Shown: positions 14,701 through 25,891 of the stretch, piece by piece | Layout: each line of letters begins with the position of its first letter | Numbering within the stretch: the first letter of the stretch is position 1 | Source: Squalus acanthias | Lineage: Eukaryota | Length of the DNA stretch: 64,000 nt | Direction of reading: 5' to 3' | Assembly: GCA_030390025.1 (NCBI GenBank) | Contig: JASTWF010000326.1 | Location: 124,001-188,000, forward strand | Position numbers and translations under genes: made by a program | Notes under the pieces: model-generated | The model's input: only the letters and a program-made list of their open reading frames with translations | The model's database searches: none | Told to the model about the DNA's origin: nothing

Positions 14701-15524
14701 AAACGCTGAAATTTCATCTGTCAAAAGCTCGACAGATGAAATTTCAATGGCTGACGTCACCTGTATCCAAGGGATCCTTGATTGGCCTGCTAAGCGGGCT
14801 TAACAAGGTCAATCAAGGGAAAATACAGTGGGTTGGCCACAAGTCGATGGAGGCGGGACTACAACCCAAAAAGTAGGAGTCCCGCCTCCATCACGTCCCC
14901 ATTGACAAAATCCAGCCCATAGAGTACAAAAGCAAGGAAGTTATGATGAACCTTTATAAAACACTGGTTTGGCCTCAATTGGAGTATTGTGTCCAATTCT
15001 GGGCACTGCACTTTAGGAAGCATGTGAAGGCCTTACAGAGGGTGCAGAAAAGATTTACGAGAACGATTCCAGGGATGAGGGACTTCAGTTATATGGATAG
15101 ACTAGAGAAGCTGGGGTTGTTCTCCTTGGAACAGAGAAGGTTGAGAGATTTGATAGAGGTGTTCAAAGTAATGATGGGTCTAGACAGAGCAGAGAGAGAG
15201 AAACTGTTCCCATTGGTGGAAGGGACGAGAACCAGAGGACACAGATTTAAGGTGATTGTCAGAAGAACCAAAGATGACATGAGGAAAAACTCTTTTACGC
15301 AGCGAGTGATTAGGATCTGGTATGCACTGCCTGAAAGGGTGGTGGAGGCAGACTCAATCGTGGCTTTCTAAATGGGAATTGGATAAGTATCAAAGAAAAA
15401 TGTGTGTGGGGCTATGGGGAAAGGGCGGGGGTGTGGGACTAGCTTAAGTGCTCTTGCAGAGAGCTGGCATGGGCTCGACAGGCCGAATGCTCTCCTTCTG
15501 TGCTATAACCATTCTATAATTCTA
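11725..15524 (+). mobile_element. Near full-length but degenerate CR1 ORF2 (endonuclease plus RT) and 3' UTR, interrupted by a MITE
   Basis: EN motifs CVNARS..ITETWL..IPGY (11883). RT motifs [33 protein letters not shown] and FADDTKL. C-terminus at 14943-15371. Multiple stops and frameshifts. Confidence 0.95.
14106..14918. mobile_element. Harbinger-type MITE, family C (813 bp), inserted in CR1
   Basis: TIRs GGGCAGAATTTT / AAAATCCAGCCC. Exact 3-bp TSD ATA (14103-14105, 14919-14921). Removing it restores the CR1 sequence AATAGAGGCATAGAGTACAAAAGC. Confidence 0.9.
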
Positions 15525-17098
15525 CTACTAAATTAACAGCAACCTGTGCTTTATCTCAAAGTCAAATTTTGAAGAAAAAAATACTTCAAATTTTTTTTGC
15601 TAGCTTTCTTTCCATTTTTCTCTCCATACCTCTCCTTCAAGGCTGTCACTGTCCCTGTCCTTCAGTACCGTGACTATTTTTCCCATGTGAGCTTGAGCAT
15701 TGATTGATTTTATTCACTCTATACACTATTTTGGTGCATTTGTTCACAGATCTGCATAAATTCCTGCCTGTACTAGTTGAATACTAAAAGAAACAGGTTA
15801 CCGGATCATGCCCTATCGATGTGGAGTATCCTGAATGGTTGAAGACAGTACCTCCGGATACAACGGAGATTCAATCACTGAAAAATGGTGTTTCACACTA
15901 CGCACTATGTAGTTATTGAGATATCAGAAAGGGTGCCCCCATCAGTTGAAAGGATTTTTATTCAAAGCAATAGTTCCCTTACATCTTTCAAAACAGGCTC
16001 TGAATCTCTAACAGTAGCTACTTCCAGCTTACAAAGAATGACTACTTCACACTGAGAGGAAAAAAACAACATCCAGCATATTGAATGGCGACTGGGTTGA
16101 AAAATTCTAACAAGAAATATATAAATTAAAATTTTTATTTAAATGTAGGGGTACCATTTGGTGACAAGTGATAAGTCAAAGAATTAAAATAGTCTCAAGC
16201 TGGCTGCAATAGAGAAGCTAAATGACAAGGAGCTGAATGATCTTTTCTCACCTCTTCTCAGAAATTCACGAGTAAATTGCCGATAGCATTACTCCTGGTT
16301 GAATTGAGGAATACAAGTTTGTCATACAAGCAATTTCAATGTTAAGTGCATTCCATAAAAGCTTTACCAGAAATTATTACAACAGGAAGTTCAAGCATGC
16401 ACAAGATTTTCAACAATAGATATTCAATTTACTATTTCTGAAGAAAATGTACTATGAAAGCTGGAAACCATGTATAAAACAAAACTGACTACTACAATAA
16501 TGACAAATCATGATAATTTTGAACTTTCCCAGTAATTGCAGATCACATTTGCTATCTTTGTAAGAGATGCATTTGAGAAATGCTGAACGCAAACAACGAG
16601 AAAGCTCAAAGGTGAGACAATTAGGATCTACTTGAAAGAATGTCTGATATTAAAATACAACCATTTGATTTAGAAATCTAAACTTTGCATTAATATTCCA
16701 AATCACTGACCCAGAGATACAGCAATAAAGGTAATGCCTCAAGGTGAAAACTATATCCAAGATACTTACAAAGATAAAGCATTAATGCTTCACATTAACT
16801 ATCAGATGACCTCCATTAAGAAATTATCACATCAACTTGCAACTTTTAAAACTACTTTTTTCTACAGCTTCCTATTTCATGTTCTTCTATCATTTGATTC
16901 CAGTTTTCCCTTAAAAGCTATTTAAAAGCTAATTCCAGAATTTAATCACGGAAGGCCTCCTCTAATTAGCCTAAAGCAGTAGATAACTGGAAATAGGATA
17001 GTGATCTTCTTTCAATGTGGTTTTACTTTATTCACTTTACAGTTGTGTCAATTCAACCTTTTATTACCAATCAACTTAACTAAATTTCCATGTTTCTC

Positions 17099-17370
17099 AG
17101 GATAAGGGGTTGGCCATTTAGGACTGAGATGAGAAATTTCTTCACTGAGGGTTGTGAATCTTTGGAATTCTCTCCCCCAGAGGGCTGTGGATGCTCAGTC
17201 ACTGAATATATTCCAGACTGCGATCAATAGATTTTTGGACAATAAGGGAATCAAGGGGTACGGGGATAGTGCGGGAAGGTGGAACTGAGGTAGAAGATCG
17301 GCCATGATCTTATTAAATGGCGGAGCAGGCTCGAAGGACCGAATGGCCTACTCCTGCTTCTTACGTTCTT
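17099..17370 (+). mobile_element. CR1 3' end fragment
   Basis: AGGACTGAGATGAG..TTCTTCACT..GAATGGCCTACTCCTGCT tail, as in other CR1 copies in the window. Confidence 0.9.
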
Positions 17371-17838
17371 CACTCTGCCTCCTGAAAAGAGATCTAGCTA
17401 TTGCTACCATAGCTATCCACTATCTTAATCTCTAATGTCTGTTTGGCTGCTCAGTTAGTAGTTTTTTTGCTGTCAGAGGAGATGTTCTCCTGAGAACTAT
17501 TTTCTTTAACCTGTAAAATATTTCTGCTCAAGTCTGATTTGTCTTTGAACATAACCTATTAGGCAATTTGGCTTTGATTTACCATGTGCCCTTATTTTAA
17601 CTCGAGGGACATACATGCATTTTTTTGCATAAGAATGGTTAAGACATCCCATTTTCCTTCTATGTTGCCAGTGGCCCGACCTAGGACTTCCCAATCAGTC
17701 AATCTGGTTCATGTCATTCGTCATCTATGCAAATCTAGCCCTCTTAAAATCTGGTACGACCATTACATTTTTAGCAACTTTGGTTTGGCTGACCAACCTA
17801 AATTTAATAATTCTGTGGTCACTGTAATGGTGTCAATA

Positions 17839-18395
17839 CCCCAAAAGCATTTCCACCATCTACAAGGCACCAGTAAGGAGTGTGATGGAATACTCTCCAC
17901 TTGCCTGGATGAGTGCAGCTCCAACAACACTCAAGTTGCTCGACACCATCCAGGACAAAGCAGCCCGCTTGATTGACACCCCATCCACCATCTTAAACCA
18001 TCACTCCCCCCACCACAGGCGTACCGTGGCTGCAGTGTGTACCATCTACAAGATGCACTGCAGCAACTCGCCAAGGCTTCTTCGGCAGCACCTCCCAAAC
18101 CCGTGACCTCTTCCACCTAGAAGGACGAGGGCAGCAGGTGCATGGGAACACCACCACCTCCAAGTTCCCCTCCAAGTCACACACCATCCTGACTTGGAAA
18201 TATATCGTCGATCGTTCATCATTGCTGGGTCAAAATCCTGGAACTCCCTCCCTAACAGCACTGTGGGAGTACCTTCACCACACGAACTGCAGCGGTTCAA
18301 GGCGGCGGCTCACCACCACCTTCTCAAGGGCAAATAGGGATAGGCAATAAATGCTGGCCTTGCCAGCGACACCTACATCCCATAAACGAATAAAA
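17839..18395 (+). mobile_element. 3' end of a second LINE family (CR1-group, Zenon-like)
   Basis: IYKA..MEYSPLAWMSAAPTTLK.LDTIQDKAARLI..HHRRTVAAVCTIYKMHC. 3' tail GGCAATAAATGCTGGCCTTGCCAGCGAC. Clade assignment is from motif resemblance only. Confidence 0.8.
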
Positions 18396-18930
18396 TAATA
18401 CATTTCCTAGTAATAAAATCTTTAATTTGGGGAAATGTATGTTTGTTCAGTAATGTTAGTCCTCATTTATCTTCTATATCTAAAGAAGCGGGGGACTACT
18501 GTTTAAGTTCATGCACCAAACATTTTATTGATGCTGCCTTGGTTTACTGTTGGAAGAAATGGATAATCAACTGCTGTGAAAATGCTGATCAAGACTAATA
18601 GAAGATAGTCAATAAAAACTGTTGTTCTGACACCAGAAATACTTGGCACTGCATTTCACAATGGATATATACACACACAACAAAAACGTGGAAACAAGCT
18701 TGAATAAATCGCAATAAAGCCAGATCAGAAACACATCGACGCATACCATTATATGCCTTTAGTGTTTGTCTTATAAATTCCATAGCATAAAGCCTACAGC
18801 CAAGAGTACAACAGAAATTGCAACTGGAAATGTTAGCATTGCTCATTCACTTCTGCAATAGAATGTTGATTTAGAGACTTTGCAAAATCTAAATGAGTGG
18901 AGAAGAAAAAGCACAGACACTCGCACCGTC

Positions 18931-19577
18931 GGGTACAGTAGCATAATGGTTATGTTACTGGACCAGTAATCCAGAGGCCTGGACTAATAATACGGAGATA
19001 TGAGTTCAAATCCCACCACAGTTGGGAAATTTAAACTCAGTTAATTAAATAAATCTGGAATAAAAAGCTAGCATCAGTAATGGTTAAACTACCAGATTGT
19101 TGTAAAAACCCAACTGGTTCATTCATGTCCTTCAGGGAAGGAAACATGACATCCTTACCCGGGCAAACCCTCAGCCGACCTGCCCTGTGGCCCAGCAAGC
19201 CACTCAGTTGTACCAAAACCGGTACAAGAAACCATAATAAAAATAAATCCAGATAGACCACTCGGCATCAACCTAGCAATGGATTCAGACACAACAAAGG
19301 CACACCCAATCTGGGGGACTTGTGCCAAAATTGGAAGACCTGTCCCACAGAATGGTCAAGCTGACACAGCCCCGACATGGTCATACTCACATAATCATAC
19401 AGGTCAGCCAACGTCCCAGACTCCTCCATCACCATCCCTGGGTATGTCCTGTCCCACCGGCAAGACAGACCCACCAGAAGTGGCGGCACAGTGGTATGCA
19501 GCCGGGAGGGAGTGGCCCTGAGAGTCCTCAACATTGACTCCGGACCCCACGACGTATCATGGCATCAGGTCAAACAT
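18931..19577 (+). mobile_element. tRNA-like head followed by the endonuclease N-terminus of a LINE (probably the Zenon-like family)
   Basis: A box TAGCATAATGG (18939-18949) and B box GAGTTCAAATCC (19002-19013). Then frameshifted APE motifs IWGLVPKLEDLSHR..PD.VILT..TIPGYVLSHRQDRPT..REGVALRVLNIDSGPHDVSWHQVKH (~19307-19577). Confidence 0.75.
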
Positions 19578-20070
19578 AGGAACAGGAGGAGGCCATTCAG
19601 CCCCTCGAGCCTGCTCCGCCATTCAATGAGCTCATGGTTGATCTGCGACCTAACTCCATATACCCGCCTTTGGCCCATATCCCTTAACACCTTTGGTTAA
19701 CAAAAAGTGATCAATCTCCGATTTAAAATTAACAATTGATCCAGCATCAACTACCATTTGCGGAAGAGTTCCAAACTTCTACCACCCTTTGTGCATAGAA
19801 GTGTTTCCTAATTTCACTTCTGAAAGGTCTGGCTCTAATTTTTAGACAATGCCCCCGAGTCATAGAATCCCCAACCAGCAGAAATAGTTTCTCTCCATCA
19901 ACCCTATCTGTTCCCCTTAATATCTTGAAAACTTCGATCAGATCACCTTCTAAATTCTGGGGAATATAACCCTAATTTGTGTAATCTTCTCTCCTCGTAA
20001 CTTAACCCTTGAAGTCCAGGTATCATTCTGGTAAACCTATGCTGCACTCTCTCCAAGGCCAATATATCCT

Positions 20071-20834
20071 CCGCGACACCCTTGTCCACTCCTCAATCAC
20101 CCCCAACAGCCCTTCCCCTGGCACCTTCCCGTGCAAGCGCAGGAGATGCAACACATGCCCTTTTACCTCCTCCCTTCCCACTGTCCAGGGCCCCAGACAC
20201 CCCTTCCAGGTGAAACAGCGATTTACTTGTACTTCTTGTAATTTAGTATACTGTATTCGCTGCTCACGATGCGGTCTCCTCGACATTGGGGAGACCAAAT
20301 GCAGATTGGGCGACCGCTTTGCGGAACACCTCCGTTCAGACCGTAAGGGTGACCCTGAGCTTCTGGTCGCCTGTCACCTTAATTCTCTGCTTCACTCCCA
20401 CTCAGACCTCACCGTCCTCGGCCTATTACATTGTTCCAATGAAGCTCGAGGAACAGCACCTCATCTTTCGATTAGGCACTTTACAGACTTCTGGACTCAA
20501 CACTGAGTTCAACAATTTCAAACTATAACCCCTGCCCCCATTTTTCATGCTGTATGATTTTGCCATTCCCATTTGCAACATTTTATCTTTCCTGCCTCTT
20601 ACATAAGCACAGTATGTTCCTTCAATTCCTTCCTCCACCCCCCACCCACCCCACAATCTCTGCACCTGCTTAATATCTGTTACATCTCCAGCTTTTTCCA
20701 GTTCTGATGAAGGGTCCCAGACCTGAAACGTTAACTCTGTTTCTCTCTCCACGGATGCTGCCTGGCCTGCTCAGTATTTCCAGCATTTTCTGTTGTTATT
20801 TCAGATTTCCAGCATCCACAGTATTTTGCTATTG
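20071..20834 (+). mobile_element. 5'-truncated Penelope-like element (Neptune-type): GIY-YIG endonuclease plus pseudo-LTR
   Basis: ORF 20009-20506 has a Cys linker PCKRRRCNTC, then FTCTSCNLVYCIRCSRCGLL(D)IGET..RFAEH. C-terminus LEEQHLIFRLGTL..GLNTEF lies in another frame. TSD TATCCT (20065-20070, 20835-20840). Confidence 0.92.
20700..20736 (+). ncRNA. Minimal type I hammerhead ribozyme in the Penelope pseudo-LTR
   Basis: AGTT-CTGATGA-stem II (AGGGTC/GACCT)-GAAA-CGTT-AACT. Palindromic AACGTT stem III, and an AGTT/AACT stem I. Confidence 0.75.
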
Positions 20835-21195
20835 TATCCTTCCTAAGGTGTGGTGCCCAGAACTGCTCACAGTACTCCAGGTGTGGTCTAACCAGGGTTT
20901 TGTATAGCTGCAGCATAACTTCTACTCCATTGTGTTCTAGTCCTCTAGATATAAAGGCCAGCATTCCATTAGCATTTTTGATTATTTTCTGTACCTGTTC
21001 CTGACATTTTAATGATCTATGTACCTGGACCCCCAAGTCTCTTTGGACCACACAATTTTTAGCTTTTCACCATTTAGAAAGTACCCTGTTCTATCCTTTT
21101 TAGGTCCAAAGTGGATACCCTCACATTTGCCTACATTGAAATCCATTTGCCACAGTTTTGTCCATTCGCTTAAATCGATCAATATCCCTTTGTAA

Positions 21196-23110
21196 GAACA
21201 TAAGAAATAGGAGCAGGAATAGGCCACTTGGCCCCTCGAGCCTGCTCTGCCATGTATGAAAGGCTGATATTTAGTCGACGAGAATCATACACATATAAAT
21301 TCAAGTGTAGCCATTGACCAACTAATATTACCCATAATTACTCCTCAGTAACTAAAATGCTAAAGACTGTTTGAATATAGCCACGAGGACAGTCAAAAGC
21401 AGTTTTGACGAAGCTTTGATAACAGCTACAGGTTGCAAGTGAAGGTCAAATCATTAAATAACATATTATAATGCTGAATAGAAATTAGATTTTGCTTAAC
21501 AAAACTAATTGCAACAATATTTATAGGATAATTAGTCTAAGAAGGACATAAAATGAGAGAGATCATGGAAGTTAAGGTATTTATCTGGTAGATTAAAGTG
21601 AGATAGTCTGGATACCTCAAGACTAGTGAAACAGCACTGATATGGGCCCTTGGTATAAAGGCCTTGTACCAGGGAGGCTATGAAATGAAAGAGATATGGT
21701 AAATTCCAAAGAAGTGAAAAACTATAAACAAGATAGATAACAAGACAGCAGAATAGGGTTGACGGAAAAATACTGGAAAGGCGGGTTACTAGCCTTAACT
21801 TGAGTGACAATGGTATTTTGACCATTAGAACCAATTAAAGAAGGTGATTTTGTTAAAAACCATATATGGACACTGGCCAAACCAACTTTTGATAAGAAAA
21901 GGGTTAAAACCTCGATACTCAAAGAACAACTTTACACAGACTTACTGCGAGAACAAAGGAACAGACTTAAGATGACGTCATCTGTGTCCGAGAGGTTCCA
22001 GAGACCAAGGGCTGTGAGCTACTCGTTAAAACTATCGCCTAATGTTAAGTATTGATTACGCTGTAAGCTTAATAAATCTTGATCTATTGCTCAAACATTC
22101 TAGCTGCTGCCTATTGGTGTCAGAGATCATTAAGATCATACAGCCATTCAATAAGATCATGGCTGATCTAGGGTTCAAAGCCACTTCCCTGCCCGCTCCC
22201 CATAACCCTTCACTCCGTTATCTTGCAAAAATCTGTCCATCTCCACCTTAAATGTATTTAATGACCCAGCCTCCATGGCTCTCTGGGGCAGAGAATCCCA
22301 AAGATTTATGACCCTCAGAGAAGAAATTCCTCCTCATCTCAGTTCTAAAAGGGCAACCCTTTATTCTGAAACTAAGCCCGAGTTCTAGATTTCCCCACGA
22401 GGGGAAACATCCTCTCTGCATCTACCTTGTCGAGCCCCCTCAATATCTTATATGTTTCAATAAGATCACCTCTCATTCTTCTGAATTCCAATGAGTATAG
22501 GCCCAACCTGCTCAACCTTTCTTCATAAGTCAACCCCCTCATCTCAGGAATCAACCGAGTGAATCATCTCTGAACTGCCTCCAATGCAAGTATATCCTTC
22601 CTTAAATAAGGAGACCAAAACTGTACGCAGTACTCAAGGTGTGGTCTCACCAATACCCTGTACAGTTGTAGCAGGACTTCCCTGCTTTTATACTCCAACC
22701 CCCTTGCAATAAAGGCCAACATTCCATTTGCCTTTTTGATTACTTGCTGTACCTGCATGCTAACTTTTTGTGTTTCATGCACAAGGACACCCAGGTCCCT
22801 CTGTACTGCAGCATTTTGTAATCGCTCTCCATCTAAATAATAATTTGCTTTTTTATTTTTCCTGCGAAAGTGGATAACCTCGCACTTTTCCACATTATAC
22901 TCCATCTGCCAAATATTTGCCCACTCACTTAGCCTGTCCATATCCTTTGCAGATTCTTTGAGTCCTCTGCACAACTTGCTTTCCCACCCATTTTTGTATC
23001 ATCCGCAAACTTGGCTACATTACACTCGATCCCTTCATCCAAGTCATTAATGTAGATTGTAAATAGTTGAGGCCCCAGCACCGATCCCTGTGGCACCCCA
23101 TTAGTTACCA
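21196..23110 (-). mobile_element. CR1 LINE (copy B) nested in copy A
   Basis: ORFs 22372-23111 contain [20 protein letters not shown] and LVRPHLEYCVQFWSP. Tail GAACATAAGAAATAGG. TSD TTGTAA (21190-21195, 23111-23116). Confidence 0.92.
21253..22142 (+). mobile_element. Solo LTR (890 bp) inserted in the 3' UTR of CR1 copy B
   Basis: Perfect 7-bp terminal inverted repeat TGTATGA...TCATACA. 4-bp TSD GCCA (21249-21252, 22143-22146). AATAAA at 22071-22076. Removal restores CCTGCTCTGCCATTCAATAAGATC. Confidence 0.9.
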
Positions 23111-23297
23111 TTGTAATTTTATGCTTTCATCTACACTGCCTACAATGCTACCTATCTTTGAGTTATCGGCAAATTTGGATATATGACTTTCTATGCCATC
23201 ATCTAAGTCGTTAATAAACACTGTGAATAGTTGAGGCCCCAACACAGATCCCTGCGGGACACCACTAGTCACATACTTAACCATTATACCTACTCTG

Positions 23298-23748
23298 TCA
23301 AGAAGCTCGACACCATCCAGGACAAAGCAGCCCGTTTGATTGGCACCCCATTCACCACCTTAAGCATTCACTCCCTCCACCACCGGCGTACCATGGCTGC
23401 AGTGTGTACCATCTACAAGATGCACTGCAGTAACTCGCCAAGGCTTCTTCGACAGCACCTCCCAAACCCTAGAAGGACAAGGGCAGCAGGCTCATGGGAA
23501 CACCATCACCTCAAAGTTCCCTCCAAGTCACACACCATCCTGACTTTGAAGTATATTGCCGTTCCTTCATTATCACTGGGTCAAAATCCTGGAACTCCCT
23601 CCCTAACAGTACTGTGGGAGTACCTTCACCACACGGACTGCAGCGGTTCAAGGCGGCTCACCACCACCTTCTCAAGAGCAATTAGGGATGGGCAATGGTG
23701 GCCTTGCCAGCGACGTCCACATTCCGTGAATGAATAAGTAAAAAAAAA
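23298..23748 (+). mobile_element. Zenon-like LINE 3' end
   Basis: KKLDTIQDKAARLIGTP..HHRRTMAAVCTIYKMHC. Same 3' tail as 17839-18395, ending in an A-run. Confidence 0.85.
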
Positions 23749-24550
23749 ATCTCTGAAGTAAAATTGTATTCATGTAACTTGATAGGGTGAATTCCCCGTA
23801 TGTGCCATCACCTTCCATCTATTTTCAAATGTGCATTGAAACACAAAAATAGCAATGCAACAGAGATACTGACTTCAAATTCAGCTGACAACCAAGATGA
23901 AAGTCTCTCCCATTTTCCAGTGTTCATGAAAGTATTTGCTACAGGAGAAGAATCATGCCTCATTTGCTGGAGTGATGTCATGTGCAAGCAAGAAGAGGAT
24001 GTGCTTTGACGTGATCTACACCATCACTTCACATTTACAAAGGTTTGATCATACTATTTTAAATTAACCTGATGCTACTTGAAAGGGATTAATGCAATGA
24101 ATTTGGGATTCCAAGAGACAATAGTTAATAGTGCCAAATTGCTCTAAACTTTGATCAAAATTGGCACCATTTTAGCAGGATTTGATATTTAAGTGAATAG
24201 TCGCTAAAAGAATTGTGCGCTGGAAACTGTAAAGGAAACTCATAAATACATTAAAATTTACATGAAACCAACATTCGTTTTCATGCTTTTGGAATAAAGA
24301 ACTGAACAGCATCATCATTTTTGGTCCTAATCTTTAAAAGGAAAAATGTTTCTTCAGTATTTCAAGGAGATTAATAAAAACTGCAAGAAAATCAGAAACC
24401 TCAAACACTAAAAATGTTTCAAGACCAGTACCAAAGCTGTTATAATGAACATCTGAGATCCAACCAACCCCACACCACCGAAAAAAACAAAAATCGGGGA
24501 AGGCAGTGCGCTCCATTTTTCATTACACTGCAATGCTATTCAGTTTAATT

Positions 24551-24706
24551 CTCCCTCCACCACCGGCTCAATGTGGCTGCAGTGTATACCATCTACAAAA
24601 TGCACTGCGCAACTCGCCAAGGCTTCTTTGACAGAACGTCTCAAACCCACGACCACTAACATCTAGAAGGCTAAGGGCAGCAGGCATACGAGACCACCAG
24701 CTCCAA
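24551..24706 (+). mobile_element. Zenon-like LINE internal fragment
   Basis: Matches ~18003-18165 (GCTGCAGTGT.TACCATCTACAA.ATGCACTGC). Confidence 0.8.
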
Positions 24707-24711
24707 AGGGC

Positions 24712-24916
24712 GAATGGAAGAAGCACAAGTAGCTCCTTTACAGAAAAATAATGGAAGACATCATGTCAAAGGAGGTGTAGCAAATGAGGGTTGCCTTTAT
24801 TGCGACAAAGGGTCACCCCTTCTCAATTGTCTGATGTCTGGTCTTCATGGGAGGAGGTGGTGGCACTGGTGAACACTGTTTCAAATGTGCGGAAGTCTGT
24901 CACACAGAGAAGGAAT
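24712..24916 (+). pseudogene. Decayed Myb/SANT-like DNA-binding domain (Harbinger second-ORF type)
   Basis: WEEVVALVNTVSNVRKSVTQRR in ORF 24791, preceded in other frames by SFTEK..MEDIMSKEV*QMRVAF. Resembles the F..E...L..EV...W..VA..VN.VS..RT..QC pattern. Confidence 0.55.
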
Positions 24917-25292
24917 GTTGTCCACATTGAAGTTTTCCAAGACAAGCGTACCTTGCATTTAGCTGCTTCAAATGCAATCATATGGCATGCCTGGAACACA
25001 GAATTTCAGCACAACAAGCTGCACTTCAACTATCATTATCATTTGGAAACCCTTTATCCGCTCATTATTTTAAAAAGGAGCTTAACAATTTGTATCTCAC
25101 CTCACTTCACCAGTTGTTTGGGTCCACCTTCAAAAAGACTGGGTAAAAGCAGGTGAGGGCATGTGTGACAGACACAATATCTAGTTCTGATTACAAGGGG
25201 ATCCTATTGTTACATCCCTGGGTTACTCTATTGTATAATTGGACATTGGGCAGTTCAGGCACACTCCCGAATGCAGGATACTTTGCTTATGG

Positions 25293-25891
25293 AACAACAG
25301 CAACAGCAACAACTTGTATTTATACAGCACCTTTTACGTAGTAAAACGTCCCAAGGTGCTTCACAGGAGCATTATAAAACAAAATTTGACACCGAGCCAC
25401 ATAAGGAGATATTAGGGCAGATGACCAAAAGCTTGGTCAAAGAGGTAGGTTTTAAGGAACTTCTTAAAAGGAGGAAAGGGAGGCAGAGAGGTTTAGGGAT
25501 GGAATTCCAGAGCTTAGGGCCTAGGCAGCTGAAGGCACGACCACCAATGGTCAAGCAATTGAAATCAGGGATGTTCAAGAGGCCAGAATTAGTGGAGCGC
25601 AGATATCGGAGGGTTATGGGGCTGTAGGAGATTACAGAGATAGGGAGGGGCGAGGCCATGGTTAACTGGGAGCCAATATAGGTCAGTGAGCACAGGGGTG
25701 ATGAGTGAATGGGACTTGGTGCGAGTTGGAACATGGGCAGCAGAGTTTTGGATGACCTCAAGTTTACGGAGGGTAGAACGTGGGAGGCCGGCCAGGAGTC
25801 CGTTGGAATAGACAAGTCTACAGGTAACAAAGGCATGGATGAGGGAAGATGATCTGAGGCAGGGACGGAGTTGGGCAATGTTCCGGAGGTG
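25293..25891 (-). mobile_element. L2 LINE 3' fragment
   Basis: LIHAFVT.RL.YSN.LLAGLP..TL.KL..IQNSAA..ITPVL.DL.WLPV, then GGRAFSCLGPKLWNSIP. (GTT)n tail. Confidence 0.92.

Larger units (their letters stand above)
19573..23298 (-). mobile_element. CR1 LINE (copy A) carrying two nested insertions
   Basis: 3' UTR at ~19573, with RT segments at ~19740-20070, 20835-21195 and 23111-23298. Continuity is restored across TSDs TATCCT and TTGTAA. Confidence 0.85.

Noticed and set aside
12610..15280. Antisense ORFs over CR1 copies (also 7367-8815, 52140-53091, 55177-55830)
   Set aside because: Shadow frames of CR1 ORF2.
15797..15920. Protein-looking short frame VTGSCPIDVEYPEWLKTVPPD..
   Set aside because: About 40 codons, purine-rich acceptor context, no recognised family.
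18931..19020. Possible tRNA gene
   Set aside because: A/B boxes are present, but there is no clean cloverleaf or terminator and it continues into repeat sequence.
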